Shown one piece after another: positions 1 through 10,807 of a stretch of DNA of 64,000 nt; the stretch's first letter is position 1, and each line of letters begins with the position of its first letter. A program made the position numbers and the translations under genes. The notes under the pieces are model-generated. The model worked only from the letters and a program-made list of their open reading frames with translations, was not told where the DNA came from and searched no databases. Origin of the DNA: Selaginella moellendorffii. Lineage: Eukaryota; Plantae; Lycopodiophyta. Location: positions 982,416 to 1,046,415 of the forward strand of contig NW_003314294.1 of NCBI RefSeq assembly GCF_000143415.4. Reading direction: 5' to 3'.

Positions 1-124
1 CTGTGGCCACTTAGAGCAGAGCACGGAGGAACTTGGACGCTGCCGAAGCAAGAAAAACAATTACGCGCTGCATGTGGTCATTTCCTTTTGCTCCTTTTAA
101 GGACACGGTAAGCTGCGATAGGGT

Positions 125-1426
125 ATGGCTACTATCTATGTTCCCCAGAAGAGGCAAAAGCGGCACTGGGATGGTATGATCACGAATGGCAAGGTGAGGG
201 GTAGAATCACAGGTACTCTGGATCATCGCATCTGGTCCCAGCTGCCTTTGGAAATCCAGCTCCACATTCTAAACTTCTTGCCAGTGCCGGCACTTTGCCG
301 TGGAAAGAGTGTCTGCAAGGCTTGGAAGTCCGCAATCCAGGGCACCAGAGCTCAAGGGCAGTGGTATATCATGGATGGTTACTGCAGTGTTGGGCTCTGT
401 GATGGAAATTCCAGATCTCTTTCATGGAAGATGATTAAGATTTTCAAACCTTTGGAGGAAAGAACAGAACATATCTGTGTGTCTTCTGCCGGGTTTGTTC
501 TCGCATACTTTATTTTGGACAGGTTACAAACTATAGTGGTGTTCAACCCCTTGAATTTAAGGTCCTTGGTGAAGCTGCCTCGACCACCTGGTTCTAACTT
601 CATACTTTTCGTGGCAATCCAATCTTCAGTTGGTAGTGACCACAGGCCTTGGTTTTCTGTGGTTTGTCTCCGGGGAATCAAGCCAACGATGACAGGTGCA
701 CGCCATCTCGTTCTACAAGTTTATGATTCGAGAGTTCACAAATGGGTCTCGTCTTGTCGAGTATTCACAAGCAGAGATGAAATTGCCCAGGTTTCCTTTC
801 ATGACGCCACCAATTGCATGCTTCTACGGGAGGACAAGCTTTACTTTATCACGATCACAAAGAACAACACCAGGTCGCTCAAGTGTGTCAACGTGTGGGA
901 TTCACACGGCAAGGTGGCGACTTTGGCAACGTGGACGAGCCTTCCCATGGGCTTGCATCAAGAAACATACGACGCCCCATGCCGGTACAATAACACCTCA
1001 CTTGTTTACTGCGCTGGTAAGTTTCTTCTTTTTCTTTTGGGATTTCTACATGTTTGTGATTACTGAGTTTCAGGAAAGCTGGTGCTTGCAAACTTGATTC
1101 CAGACAGTGTCGATGCACAAACCCAAGTTGGTTTTGTCTATCTGGATGAAGCATCCAGACAGTGGCAACCCTTGGCAACTATGCCTAGAGAGAATATGCC
1201 GGCAGAGCTTAGAAAAGTTGGGCTGCAAGCAGGCAATATGCGTGAGTGGAGTTTGATAGTGGCGGGAGGGGAGACGGAGATCACCTTGTTCATAACTCAC
1301 TTAACGTTCGGTTGGGGTTGCATTTACAATAAGGAAACCGGTATCTGGCGACCAGCTTGTGGCCTAAGGTCCGAAGGTGGCATGCTGTATCCTTTCAAGC
1401 CATCATTCCATCCAGTCTCCATTTAG
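125..1426 (+). CDS. F-box protein, 2 exons (intron 1017-1073)
   Basis: F-box motif IWSQLPLEIQLHILNFLPVPALCRGKSVCKAWK. A 57-nt GT-AG intron removes the in-frame TGA and joins ORFs 125..1066 and 1082..1426, which are in the same frame. Confidence 0.8.
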
Positions 1427-2486
1427 TTACTCCCATTAAAGTTGCTATTTTGTGGTGAAGAAATATTCATGAGAATGAGTATGGGAGGTGAAGAAATTCA
1501 TAAAAACTATTTTTTTTCAAACAAATATCCTACATAAATACTTAATTTTTTAATACAACATTTTTTTCCAGGTTCCAGTTTTATTGTGAGGACATTCAAC
1601 ACAACAGCTCCCCAAATTCACAAAGGTAATTGCCCAGATATTTCATGTCACTAAACAAAACTCCACGACCTTGCAAAAGTTCTATTACAACCATCTTGCG
1701 ACGGGCAGCCTCCAATTCATCTTCAAACGGATCTAGATCGTAAGGTTCTGGCTTGGCATAGAGCCAGGTTTGTTCTTACCACCTTTTCTTGAAGAATGGC
1801 GGGCAACACATCACTGGTGAGATTTCCGAGCTAAATTCTCCGAATTGACGCGAGGATCTCGCGTGATCCGGAAATTTTACTACTCACACTGGGCTGAAAT
1901 TTGGTATTGATTTCTGTTAGAAACATTATCTATCAAACCACACCCGATTATCAGGTAGGTACATGGCTTTTTTTTTTTCTGGTACTGGTCACTTTTTCCT
2001 TCCATATCAGCCAGCTGGAGTTGTGGCTATAGAACGTATTGCGCTGAGAGAAATCTGCAGAATGCCAATGAAGTTATACAGCATTTGCCATGGACAGGGC
2101 GATCATTAAGCTTGAGAAAGCTTGGGAAATACATCTTTCTATGGGGATGGAGTGGTTTTGCGCTGCTCTTTGTGTTTGCGTTGGAGAAAAAAATTTATGG
2201 GATGCCTCTGGTGGAACCAAAGAGGATCTCTGCCAAAGAAGGAGATTTCGGAAGAGTCATTAGTGAGAGACGTTATCAAACTCAATATCAGCCCAGAAGC
2301 ACCATTGCTGGCATTTGAGTGTAGAACGGAAAAGTGCGTATCTTTGGCTCGTTGCTGCCAACAGAAATTTGAGGCAGATCAGCAGATTGGCTTACATCCT
2401 TCTCCTTTTTCTTGGGCCCTTTTTTGCAGAAGCAGAATGATCGAGATCTCCCAGATCCATGGCGACGCTGTGGCGGCTGTAGATGA

Positions 2487-2654
2487 NNNNNNNNNNNNNN
2501 NNNNNNNNNNNNNNNNNNNNNNNNNNNNNNNNNNNNNNNNNNNNNNNNNNNNNNNNNNNNNNNNNNNNNNNNNNNNNNNNNNNNNNNNNNNNNNNNNNNN
2601 NNNNNNNNNNNNNNNNNNNNNNNNNNNNNNNNNNNNNNNNNNNNNNNNNNNNNN
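2487..2654. other. assembly gap (N run)
   Basis: Run of n. Confidence 0.99.
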
Positions 2655-3225
2655 TGATGGTTGGACAGTTTCACTTGAAACCAGGCAAGCAGCTGCCTCC
2701 GGTTTTGCAACCTCCACCGTCCTAATTGGAAAAATGCTCTATGGGACTTGCAAGCAGCCGAGAACTCTCGGCCTGGAATCAAAATGGTTTGCAAACCAAG
2801 CCTTGCGTATTCCGGAGAATGCTCCACCAGGCTCCACCACGGTAACCATCGCGACAAGACCACCTTCGTGCCCGAATTGCCCGAATCAGAAACACAGCCT
2901 GGGAAGCAAGGGTCTTGATTTATTCTGGCGTGTTGATCTTGTTGGTGGTAGCATTTGTTGGATTGGCCTTAAGAATTTGAGGTTCGAACAAATCGAGAGA
3001 CCTGGCAGTGCTCATATTATTGTTTCATCGTGTTCTTGTGTGAGATGGCAAAGTATACAACACTGCCGAGCATTCTACAAACCATATTCGTCGTGCTTTA
3101 CTACATGCTTGGGTACTCTTGACAAACTGGATACTTTCTTCCGGTTACGTTCTTCACCACCTTTCCTGTCTACGACTAATAAGACTACAACCTCTCTTTG
3201 ATTAACATGCCTGACCAACATCCTT

Positions 3226-4668
3226 TCACAATTTGGACACGTCGGGTATCCAAAACGCTAAAACATATGAGGCAGTCGCAAACATGAGCCTTCGCGGAGC
3301 CCATTTCACCACGGCAGGAATTCCAGCGTTGTTCGTCCAGCACGCTACCTGGAATTCAATCAAAATAAGTCTTTTTTTTCCTCTTTTTTAGCACGAGAAT
3401 TTCTCTCACCTCTGCACCGCTTAAGGAGCTCCATATTCTCAAACTTCCATCCCCGGAGCCTGAGATTCAATACTTATAGCTATCAGGAACTGATACAAAC
3501 GAATGTTACCTGAGATAACATAGCGACCGTCTGGACTGAACGATGCTTCCAACGTTTCTCCGTTTCGACTGGGCTTGAGCGTGAATCCATGCATCTGGGA
3601 AGGAGCTCGGTATAGACTTAACGAGCGAAAGAGAAGTTTACCTTCTTTCCAGAGTAGGCATCAAGCAAATACACCCGGCTGTTTGTTGTGGAGAGAAGCA
3701 TCATTTTGCCATCGTTGCTAAACTTCATGCCAGCGACTTCCGCGGTATCACCACCCACGAGAAAAGTGTCAAAAGGTCCCTGAAGCATTCATTCGGACTT
3801 TCATAAAATTATTGGAGAATTAATCACATCTTACCTTGTCGAAAGACCTTACGTCAAACAGCTTGATTGCTCCGCCTTCCATGGCAACAGCAAATACCAG
3901 GCCTTGTTGATCATACGCCACAGACGGTCTTCCCCGGACTCTAAGAAGACCCTGAAATCATGGAAATGCTCTAGCCAAAGTTCTGGAAGAAAACGCAAGG
4001 AAAGAGTTTTTCTTACTTGGCAAACATTGCTGCGAAGATCCCACAACCGGACAGTGTGATCCAATGACCCAGACATGAAAGAATCGTTCTTTGGAGACAT
4101 ACATAGTGATACAACCCTGTGAGGAAAAGAAATAAAATAAGCATGGCCTTGGGTTGCTCCAAAGACTCACCTTTGAGTGTGTCCTCTGAAATATCGTAGA
4201 AATCTATTATCATACAACGATAGATACCGCAAGGACTCTGGAAACAAAGAAAGAACCTCAAACACACAAAAACCGTTCTCTCTTACCATCACTTCCATTG
4301 CTGGAGGAAAAAATCACAGCATTGGTGTGATGCGTGAAACATATGTGATCCACGCCATATCTTGCACTGTAGAGAGTCTTCATGGGCCTGGATGGAGCAA
4401 AGAAAAGGAAACTTGAAACCTCCCAAGAACTCGGGGGAAAAAATCACTTACGTCGCACTGGCAGTATCATAGAGCCGAATGGACGCGTCCTCCGCGGCAG
4501 TCACCATGAGATCCTCCGTGCGATGAAAATCCAAGGAGCTGATCTTCCCCCCCTGCCGCATTGCTCGTTTGCCAAGATTCTCGACGCATTGCTAGCAGCT
4601 CTACTTACACAATCCTTGAAGACCGCGCCCACAGACATGTTCTTGACGACATCCTCCGCGATTTCCAT
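3226..4668 (-). CDS. WD40 protein, WDR82/Swd2 family (COMPASS/cleavage-factor subunit), multi-exon
   Basis: Exon peptides [42 protein letters not shown] and C-terminal [24 protein letters not shown] are typical of WDR82. Confidence 0.85.
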
Positions 4669-4822
4669 CGCCCCCGAGAAATCGCGGCTATGGCGCCACT
4701 GCGAATTTGCCCTACCACTAGTGCTCTGTTTTAGGGCTCTTGACGAGAATATTTCGCGTTTTAATGAGAGTATTCCGTTATATTCGAAAATGATTAAAAG
4801 TCTGTTAACAATGAAACTATAG

Positions 4823-7181
4823 CTAATTAGCCGCCTCTTCTGTGACCATTTCTGGCTGCTCGAGCGGCTTATCTTCATCCATTGGGGCCTCGGATTTCTA
4901 GCACAAAAGAGAAGAACATTTGGTGTAAAGAGATTTGGATCCAGAAAACTTAGAAAGCAAACCTGTTCCAACGCTTCGAGCTTGCTCAGCCTTGCGAACA
5001 TGTTGCCATAGAGCTTGGCTTCCTTCTTGTTGTATTCTACTTGCTTTTGCTTCAGTGACTTGTACTCCATTCTCAAGTCCCTGTAAGATAAACGCGTGAG
5101 CCTTGGTTTCATGCAACGCGATTAAACTATCTTACCGGTTTTGTGGATCAATCTCCAATGCTTTCTTGATATCAAACTCGGCCAGGTCCAAATCTGCAGT
5201 GCGCGTGTAAGCTTGAGCTCTGCGATAGAGAGCCTTTACGTTCTGCGACTCCAGCTCAAGCACCTAGAAATTCAAATGTAAGAAAACAGGTAGACAAGCG
5301 AGGAGACTCTCTAACCTTCGAGCAGCACTTGATTGCGTCTTTAAACTCGTTGAGCTTCAGCTTTGACGCAGCGTTGTTCAAGTTGCAAGAAACTTTCAGT
5401 GCCTTGGCTTGTTTCTTCTCGTCGTCACTAAAGTTAGAGTCGTAGTCAATAAACTTCAGGGCCTGAAATCCTTGTCAGGATGCAATTCATAATCTATGAG
5501 CAATCGCATATTTACCTGTTCATACTTCTTTGAGGCACGAGCAAATTTACCAGCTTTGTATAGAACATTGCCCTCGTCCTTACGGACGGTGGCTTCTTGC
5601 AGCTTCTCCTCTGCTTTGTGCAAGTCCCACGAGTCCTTTGCCTAAAGAGAGCAAGTTAGGATCTAGAAAATCACTGCAACGGAGATTACCTTCACAAAAG
5701 AGATCATTTCCACCTCATAAACCAGGGTAGAATTGGCAGGAACCAAAGCGAGATCCCGTTGAGTATCAACGTCTCCAAACCCGTGCTCAGGACCAATGGT
5801 AACAACTGCAACTTCTCCTTTCTTCATCGTCGCCACCGCCTTGTCCAACCCATCAATAACTTGCTCTGAAAGAACTAAAACAAGTTAGCAACGGAAAACC
5901 CAGATTGACAAACGACCTTCATCAGTTTTAAACTCGAAGGGGTCCTCGTCGTCGCCTTTCTTCTCAAACACAGTGCCGTCCAAAAGCTTGGCCACATACT
6001 TGACTGCATTATCATTATCGTTAACAGAGAGCACGAGATGGTTTTAAGAAACTCACTTTTCACAATGGTTCCATCGTTGGGTTTGTCATGGCCTTCACTC
6101 GCCTTGATAATCTTCTTCGTAATTTTGCCATCTTGGCCGATTTTCTCAACAGTTTTCCAAGATACCAGCTCCAGATCGATAGAAAGTATGCCCTGCGATT
6201 CGCCAAGACCATCTAGACGATCCAACGCATTAGAAACTTAGCTAAACACACACACAAACATCTCACATTTCGGCCTCACGGTCAGCAAAGCTTTTTCCCC
6301 CTTCATCATCGTCTTGACAGCAATGGCAAGTGCTTCGCAAAAATGACCTGCGTTATCCGAACATAGATTAAGCACATCTTCAGCATAACGAACGCGAGTC
6401 CTTACCTTGGTGAACATAAAACTCTGCCCCTTCCTCAGGAGACTGTCCAACTACAAGCCCAGCTTCATTCTTCGCGACGTACTTCACTGAAAGTAGTAGT
6501 GCAAGTGAGTCAAGGACCAAAGCCTGTTAGCCAAAAGCATACCAGTCACTTCGTCAAGATCTTTCGGCATCTCATATTTTTTTCCCTCGGAAACAATCTT
6601 CTTCACCACGCCACCATCCTTGCAGATATCCTTGACGCTGTCCCAAGACAAGAGCTCAACGTCAAACTTGAGCGTCGCATTGGGTGGTATGGTTGGCGGC
6701 GACCCAGCTTCTCCATAAGCCAAGGCCGGGGGAATGGTGAACACCGCGTTCTCCCCCTTCTTCATTGTCTTAATGCCTTCGTCCCATCCCTTGATAACTT
6801 GGCCTACACAAGCACGAAGAAAGAAAAATCAACACCAGAAAGAAATCCATAACTCGCTCACCTTGCCCAAGCTTGAATGTGAAAGGATCGCCCCTATCTC
6901 TGCTCGAATCAAACTTGGATCCATCCAGAAGCGTTCCAGTGTAGTGAACTGCAAGAATCTATCAGCATTGCGACGCCAGGGCGAGAGAGAAGAGCGCTAC
7001 CTTTCACTTCATCGCCAGGCTCTGGCATCTCCCAGCCAGTTCCGGCCTTGACGAGCAGCTTCTTGAGGCCATTCTTGCCGATCTCTTGCTCCTCGCCGGC
7101 CTTGAGCGGAGCCGCCGAAGTAGCTTCCATTCCGGCCTCTTCGTCCATACCCGCGTCGGCAATCTCGAAATCGTCCGCCAT
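4823..7181 (-). CDS. ROF1: Multi-domain peptidyl-prolyl isomerase FKBP62/65 (three FKBP domains + TPR), multi-exon
   Basis: [65 protein letters not shown] exons, and the C-terminal [16 protein letters not shown] helix. Confidence 0.92.
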
Positions 7182-7320
7182 CGCCAGGCACGAGCCCTAA
7201 AACTCAACTCCTTTATAAAAGTCGCAATAGATCCGATGGGTAAGTCACGTGGCGCGATACAAGCCCTTGGATCTCCAATCCAACGACCCGAGACTAATTA
7301 AGATGCCAATATCCATAGCC

Positions 7321-7333
7321 TTCTAGATGCTTC
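7321..7333. promoter_or_regulatory. candidate heat-shock element in the FKBP62/cyclin L1 divergent promoter
   Basis: TTCtaGATgcTTC matches nTTCnnGAAnnTTCn with one mismatch, ~140 bp upstream of the FKBP62 ATG. A TATA-like TTTATAAAA lies at ~7212. Confidence 0.35.
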
Positions 7334-7431
7334 TGCAGGCATATTCTCTCCGGCAAGGCATATTCTCCGAGAACCCTAATTGACAGAGCACGAAATATTT
7401 CTCGCCGGGCTAGGGTTTTATAGATCGCGCG

Positions 7432-8984
7432 ATGATTTACACGGCGCTGGATACGTTCTATGTCTCCGAGGAGCAGCTCAAGGCCTCGCCTTCGCGCAAG
7501 GATGGTGTGGCCGAGGAGACGGAGACAATGCTGCGGCTCTACGGCTGCGAGCTGATCCAGGAGAGTGGAATCTTGCTCAGATTGCCGCAGGCGGTGATGG
7601 CAACGGGCCAAGTCTTGTTCCACAGGTTCTATTGCAAGAAATCCTTCACGCGATTCAATGTCAAGGTTTGTAATTTTTTTATCCTCTCCATCTAGGTGAG
7701 TCGAGACTGTTTTATCTTTGGTTTGAGTTTCACAGGATGACTGAGTGAGATTTTTCATGGTGTTTTTGTAGAGAGTAGCGGCCAGCTGCGTGTGGTTGGC
7801 GGCGAAGCTCGAAGAAAGCCCACGAAAGATTCGAGATGTCTTGAGTGTGTTTCATCGGATGGAATGTAGGCGCGAGAATTATCCTCTCGTGCTACTCGAC
7901 ACAACTTCGAAGGCAAGGATTTTTTCTTTCTTTCTTTGCTTCTCGCTGTTGTGCTCAAATCGATTTTACAGGCTTACGAGGAAATGAAAGTCGATCTAAT
8001 AAGAACCGAGCGGCATTTACTGAAAGAGATGGGATTCATTTGTCACGTCGAGCACCCGCACAAGTTTGTTCTCAATTACTTGCTCCAATTGAAAGCACCT
8101 CTCGAGCTCATCCAGGAAGGATGGAATTTGGCCAACGACAGGTAACTTGCTTTTCCACTTTCCAGTTTTCTTGAGTTTTTGTTTTATGTTCATCTAGCTT
8201 GCGGACGACATTGTGTGTGCGTTTCAAAAGCGAAGTTGTGGCATGCGGGGTGGTTTATGCTGCTGCTCGAAGGTTTCGTTACCCTTTGCCAGAAAATCCT
8301 CCGTGGTGGCTCATCTTCCAAGCAGATAAGGCCGAGATTGATGTCGTATGCAAAGTTCTTGCTTTGCTGTATCAGCAACCCAAGGCTCACTACGTCGACG
8401 TCAGCAAGGGATCAAAGTCGTTCGTTTTGTCAAGCAGTTCATGGGATCCTCCTCCAGATGTTCAAGTAAGAAAAAACTTTTACTGATGAGCGGTGTTTGA
8501 CGATTTAAACTTTTCTCAGGGCAAGATCACTGTGAATGGTACCACTGCTGGTGCTGTTCTTGTCCCGAGTGTGGCTGCTATCGTTTCAGCGGACACCAAA
8601 GACGAAGCGCCTCCTATGGCCGATCCAAAAGGAGAAATAGTTGCAGAAAAGCCTGCTATTGATGGTGAAGGCGTCGAGAAAACAAAGGAGAAAGATGAGA
8701 AAGACCGTGAGAAGGAGAGAGAACGAGACGCAAGACGCGATCGAGATCGCGAAGAACGGCGAGATAGAGAAAAGAGTAGGGATAGAGAACGGGACCGAGA
8801 CAGGGAGCGGGACCGGCACAAAGATCGAAGTCATCGAAAGGATAGCAGACGGGATTACAGTAAGTTCTTCGTTTTCTCGTCTTCTCTCTCGCAAACTTCA
8901 CGTTTGGAATTGGTAGCAGGCTACTCAAGTGACAAGTCAAGGTACCATTCGTCCAGATCAAGTGATCGCCATCGACACCACTGA
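7432..8984 (+). CDS. CYCL1: Cyclin L1 (cyclin box + RS/RD-rich C-terminus), multi-exon
   Basis: [10 protein letters not shown]...[66 protein letters not shown] and an RD-repeat tail. Confidence 0.93.
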
Positions 8985-9032
8985 ATCGATACAACGCTTT
9001 TGTACGTGTACGTGATTCTCGATTTAAATCCT

Positions 9033-10769
9033 CTAACATCGCTTGACCACTGGTTGTAAAAGATAAGAACTGTGAAGATTAGTGACACTCAAAACGCTCG
9101 TCTCTTCCAAGATGTCCGGAACATAAGGCATGCTCTTGATGAGATCTCGAGCGTCTTCCAAGTAACCGGCCCTGCAAAGCAAATCAACCATGCAAGCAAA
9201 GTGCTGCTTGGTTGGACGAGAAAGGTAATCCATTTGCATTGAAACGAAGTAAGATCTTCCACACTCCAACTTTCCAGCATACTTGCAAGCGATCAGCACA
9301 CAAACGAAGAACTCATCGTCGGGAACTCCACTCAAGCACCAGCTATGAAACGTAAAGAACGCATCCGTGATATGCCCATTATGGGCATACGCTGCCATGA
9401 GAGAATTCCATGCTAACAAGCAGCAATGCTGCCATGGTATCGTATCAAAGAATCTTCTTGCATTGTGGATATGCCCGTTTCGGGCATATGCCGCCACCAT
9501 GGAACTCCAGGCCAGGGAATCCTTCCATGGAATCCTTGAAAAGAGAAAGTAAGTGTAGTGTAAGTGACCCTTTCGGGAGTACGCCACCATCAAAGTCGTC
9601 CAAGAGATTACATCTTTTTGGAGCTCTGGAATTCGATCAAACACCTCTTTTGCGTCTTCCAAATGCCCGCCTTGGGCAAATGCCGAGAGAAGACAGTTGC
9701 TCACGACTGTGTTGTGCTGCGGGATCTCATCAAACATTTGCTTTGTCTCCTCAAGTTTTTCATTCTCCGCGTAGCTGTTCATGAGAGAGCTCCATGAAAC
9801 AGGCTCCCGGATTGGAATCTCGTTTAGGAGTTTTCTAGCTCGATCAAATTGCCGGTGTTGGGCATAGAGAAGGATCATCCAAGTTACAGAGACTCGATTG
9901 TGTTGCGGCATTTTCGAAAACACAAGCTCTGCCTCGCTAGAATTTCCATCTAAAACGTAGCATTCCAGGAGTGTGTTCCAGGAGACTATAGTTCTATGCG
10001 GCATTTTGTCAAAGGTTCTTAAAGCCTCGCCAATATGCCCTTCCCGGGCATATGCCGCTATCATCGAGTTCCAGGATATAATATCCCATTCTGGAAAGTA
10101 GAATAAAAAAAGATTCTCAGCATCAAGGATGGATGCTCGGGTATGTGTGTGGAAAAAGAAAATGGCGCTAAAGGTGATGAGATTCCTCTGTGGAATTCGA
10201 TCGAACAGCTCCTGGGCTCTATCGGGATGCCCATTCCGGGAATATGCCAGGATCATAATGTTCCAGGAGATGATATTGCGCGACGGAATTTGCTGGAAGA
10301 GGGCCTGGGCGTCTTCCAAGAGCTTGTTTTCCGCGTATGATCCGAGCATCGAGTTCCAGGATGCCAGATCTCTCGCGGGCATCTCGTCGAAGATATCCCT
10401 GGCCTGGGAGAGCGATCCCAGCCGGGCGACTGCCGCGAGCATCGAATTCCAGGAGATTAGATCCCGTCGCGGCATCGCGTGGAAAACCTCCACTGCCCTG
10501 TCCAGCTGATCGTTGTGTGCGTAGGAGGCGAGCACCGCGTTCCAGGCGACGCAATCGCGAGTGGGCATCGCGTCGAAGAGGAGCCTTGCTTCGTCCGGAT
10601 GCCCGTTTTGGGAATACGCGCAGAGCATCATGATCCAGGAGAAATTGTCGCGCGTGTCGATCGATATTCCACGGAAGATCGCCTCTGCCTGCTTCACATT
10701 GCCCGATTTCCCGGATGCCTCGATCATCCTGTTGAGCGCCGGCACATCCTGCTCAGGAACGAAGATCAT
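9033..10769 (-). CDS. PLS-class PPR protein with E-domain-like C-terminus, intronless
   Basis: Tandem ~31-aa repeats (SWNSMLAAYA...A..IFD.MP.R) and HFACMVDLLCRAGYLEDARDLIKSMPYVPD. First ATG is at 10769. Confidence 0.9.
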   Translation of the reverse strand: MIFVPEQDVPALNRMIEASGKSGNVKQAEAIFRGISIDTRDNFSWIMMLCAYSQNGHPDEARLLFDAMPTRDCVAWNAVLASYAHNDQLDRAVEVFHAMPRRDLISWNSMLAAVARLGSLSQARDIFDEMPARDLASWNSMLGSYAENKLLEDAQALFQQIPSRNIISWNIMILAYSRNGHPDRAQELFDRIPQRNLITFSAIFFFHTHTRASILDAENLFLFYFPEWDIISWNSMIAAYAREGHIGEALRTFDKMPHRTIVSWNTLLECYVLDGNSSEAELVFSKMPQHNRVSVTWMILLYAQHRQFDRARKLLNEIPIREPVSWSSLMNSYAENEKLEETKQMFDEIPQHNTVVSNCLLSAFAQGGHLEDAKEVFDRIPELQKDVISWTTLMVAYSRKGHLHYTYFLFSRIPWKDSLAWSSMVAAYARNGHIHNARRFFDTIPWQHCCLLAWNSLMAAYAHNGHITDAFFTFHSWCLSGVPDDEFFVCVLIACKYAGKLECGRSYFVSMQMDYLSRPTKQHFACMVDLLCRAGYLEDARDLIKSMPYVPDILEETSVLSVTNLHSSYLLQPVVKRC

Positions 10770-10807
10770 TGATCTTGGCGCCAAAAGCTCTAATTGAAAA
10801 TTAGGAG

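Noticed and set aside
1620-1860. Coding-like minus-strand stretch (YAKPEPYDLDPFEDELEAARRK)
   Set aside because: Short, frame-broken, with no recognisable family or complete gene structure.
2085-3201. 359-aa ORF spanning the first gap; possibly a decayed F-box-associated gene
   Set aside because: Its continuity depends on Ns, and it has no diagnostic motif.
8586-9039. Antisense ORFs over the cyclin L1 RD repeats
   Set aside because: Shadow frames of low-complexity coding sequence.
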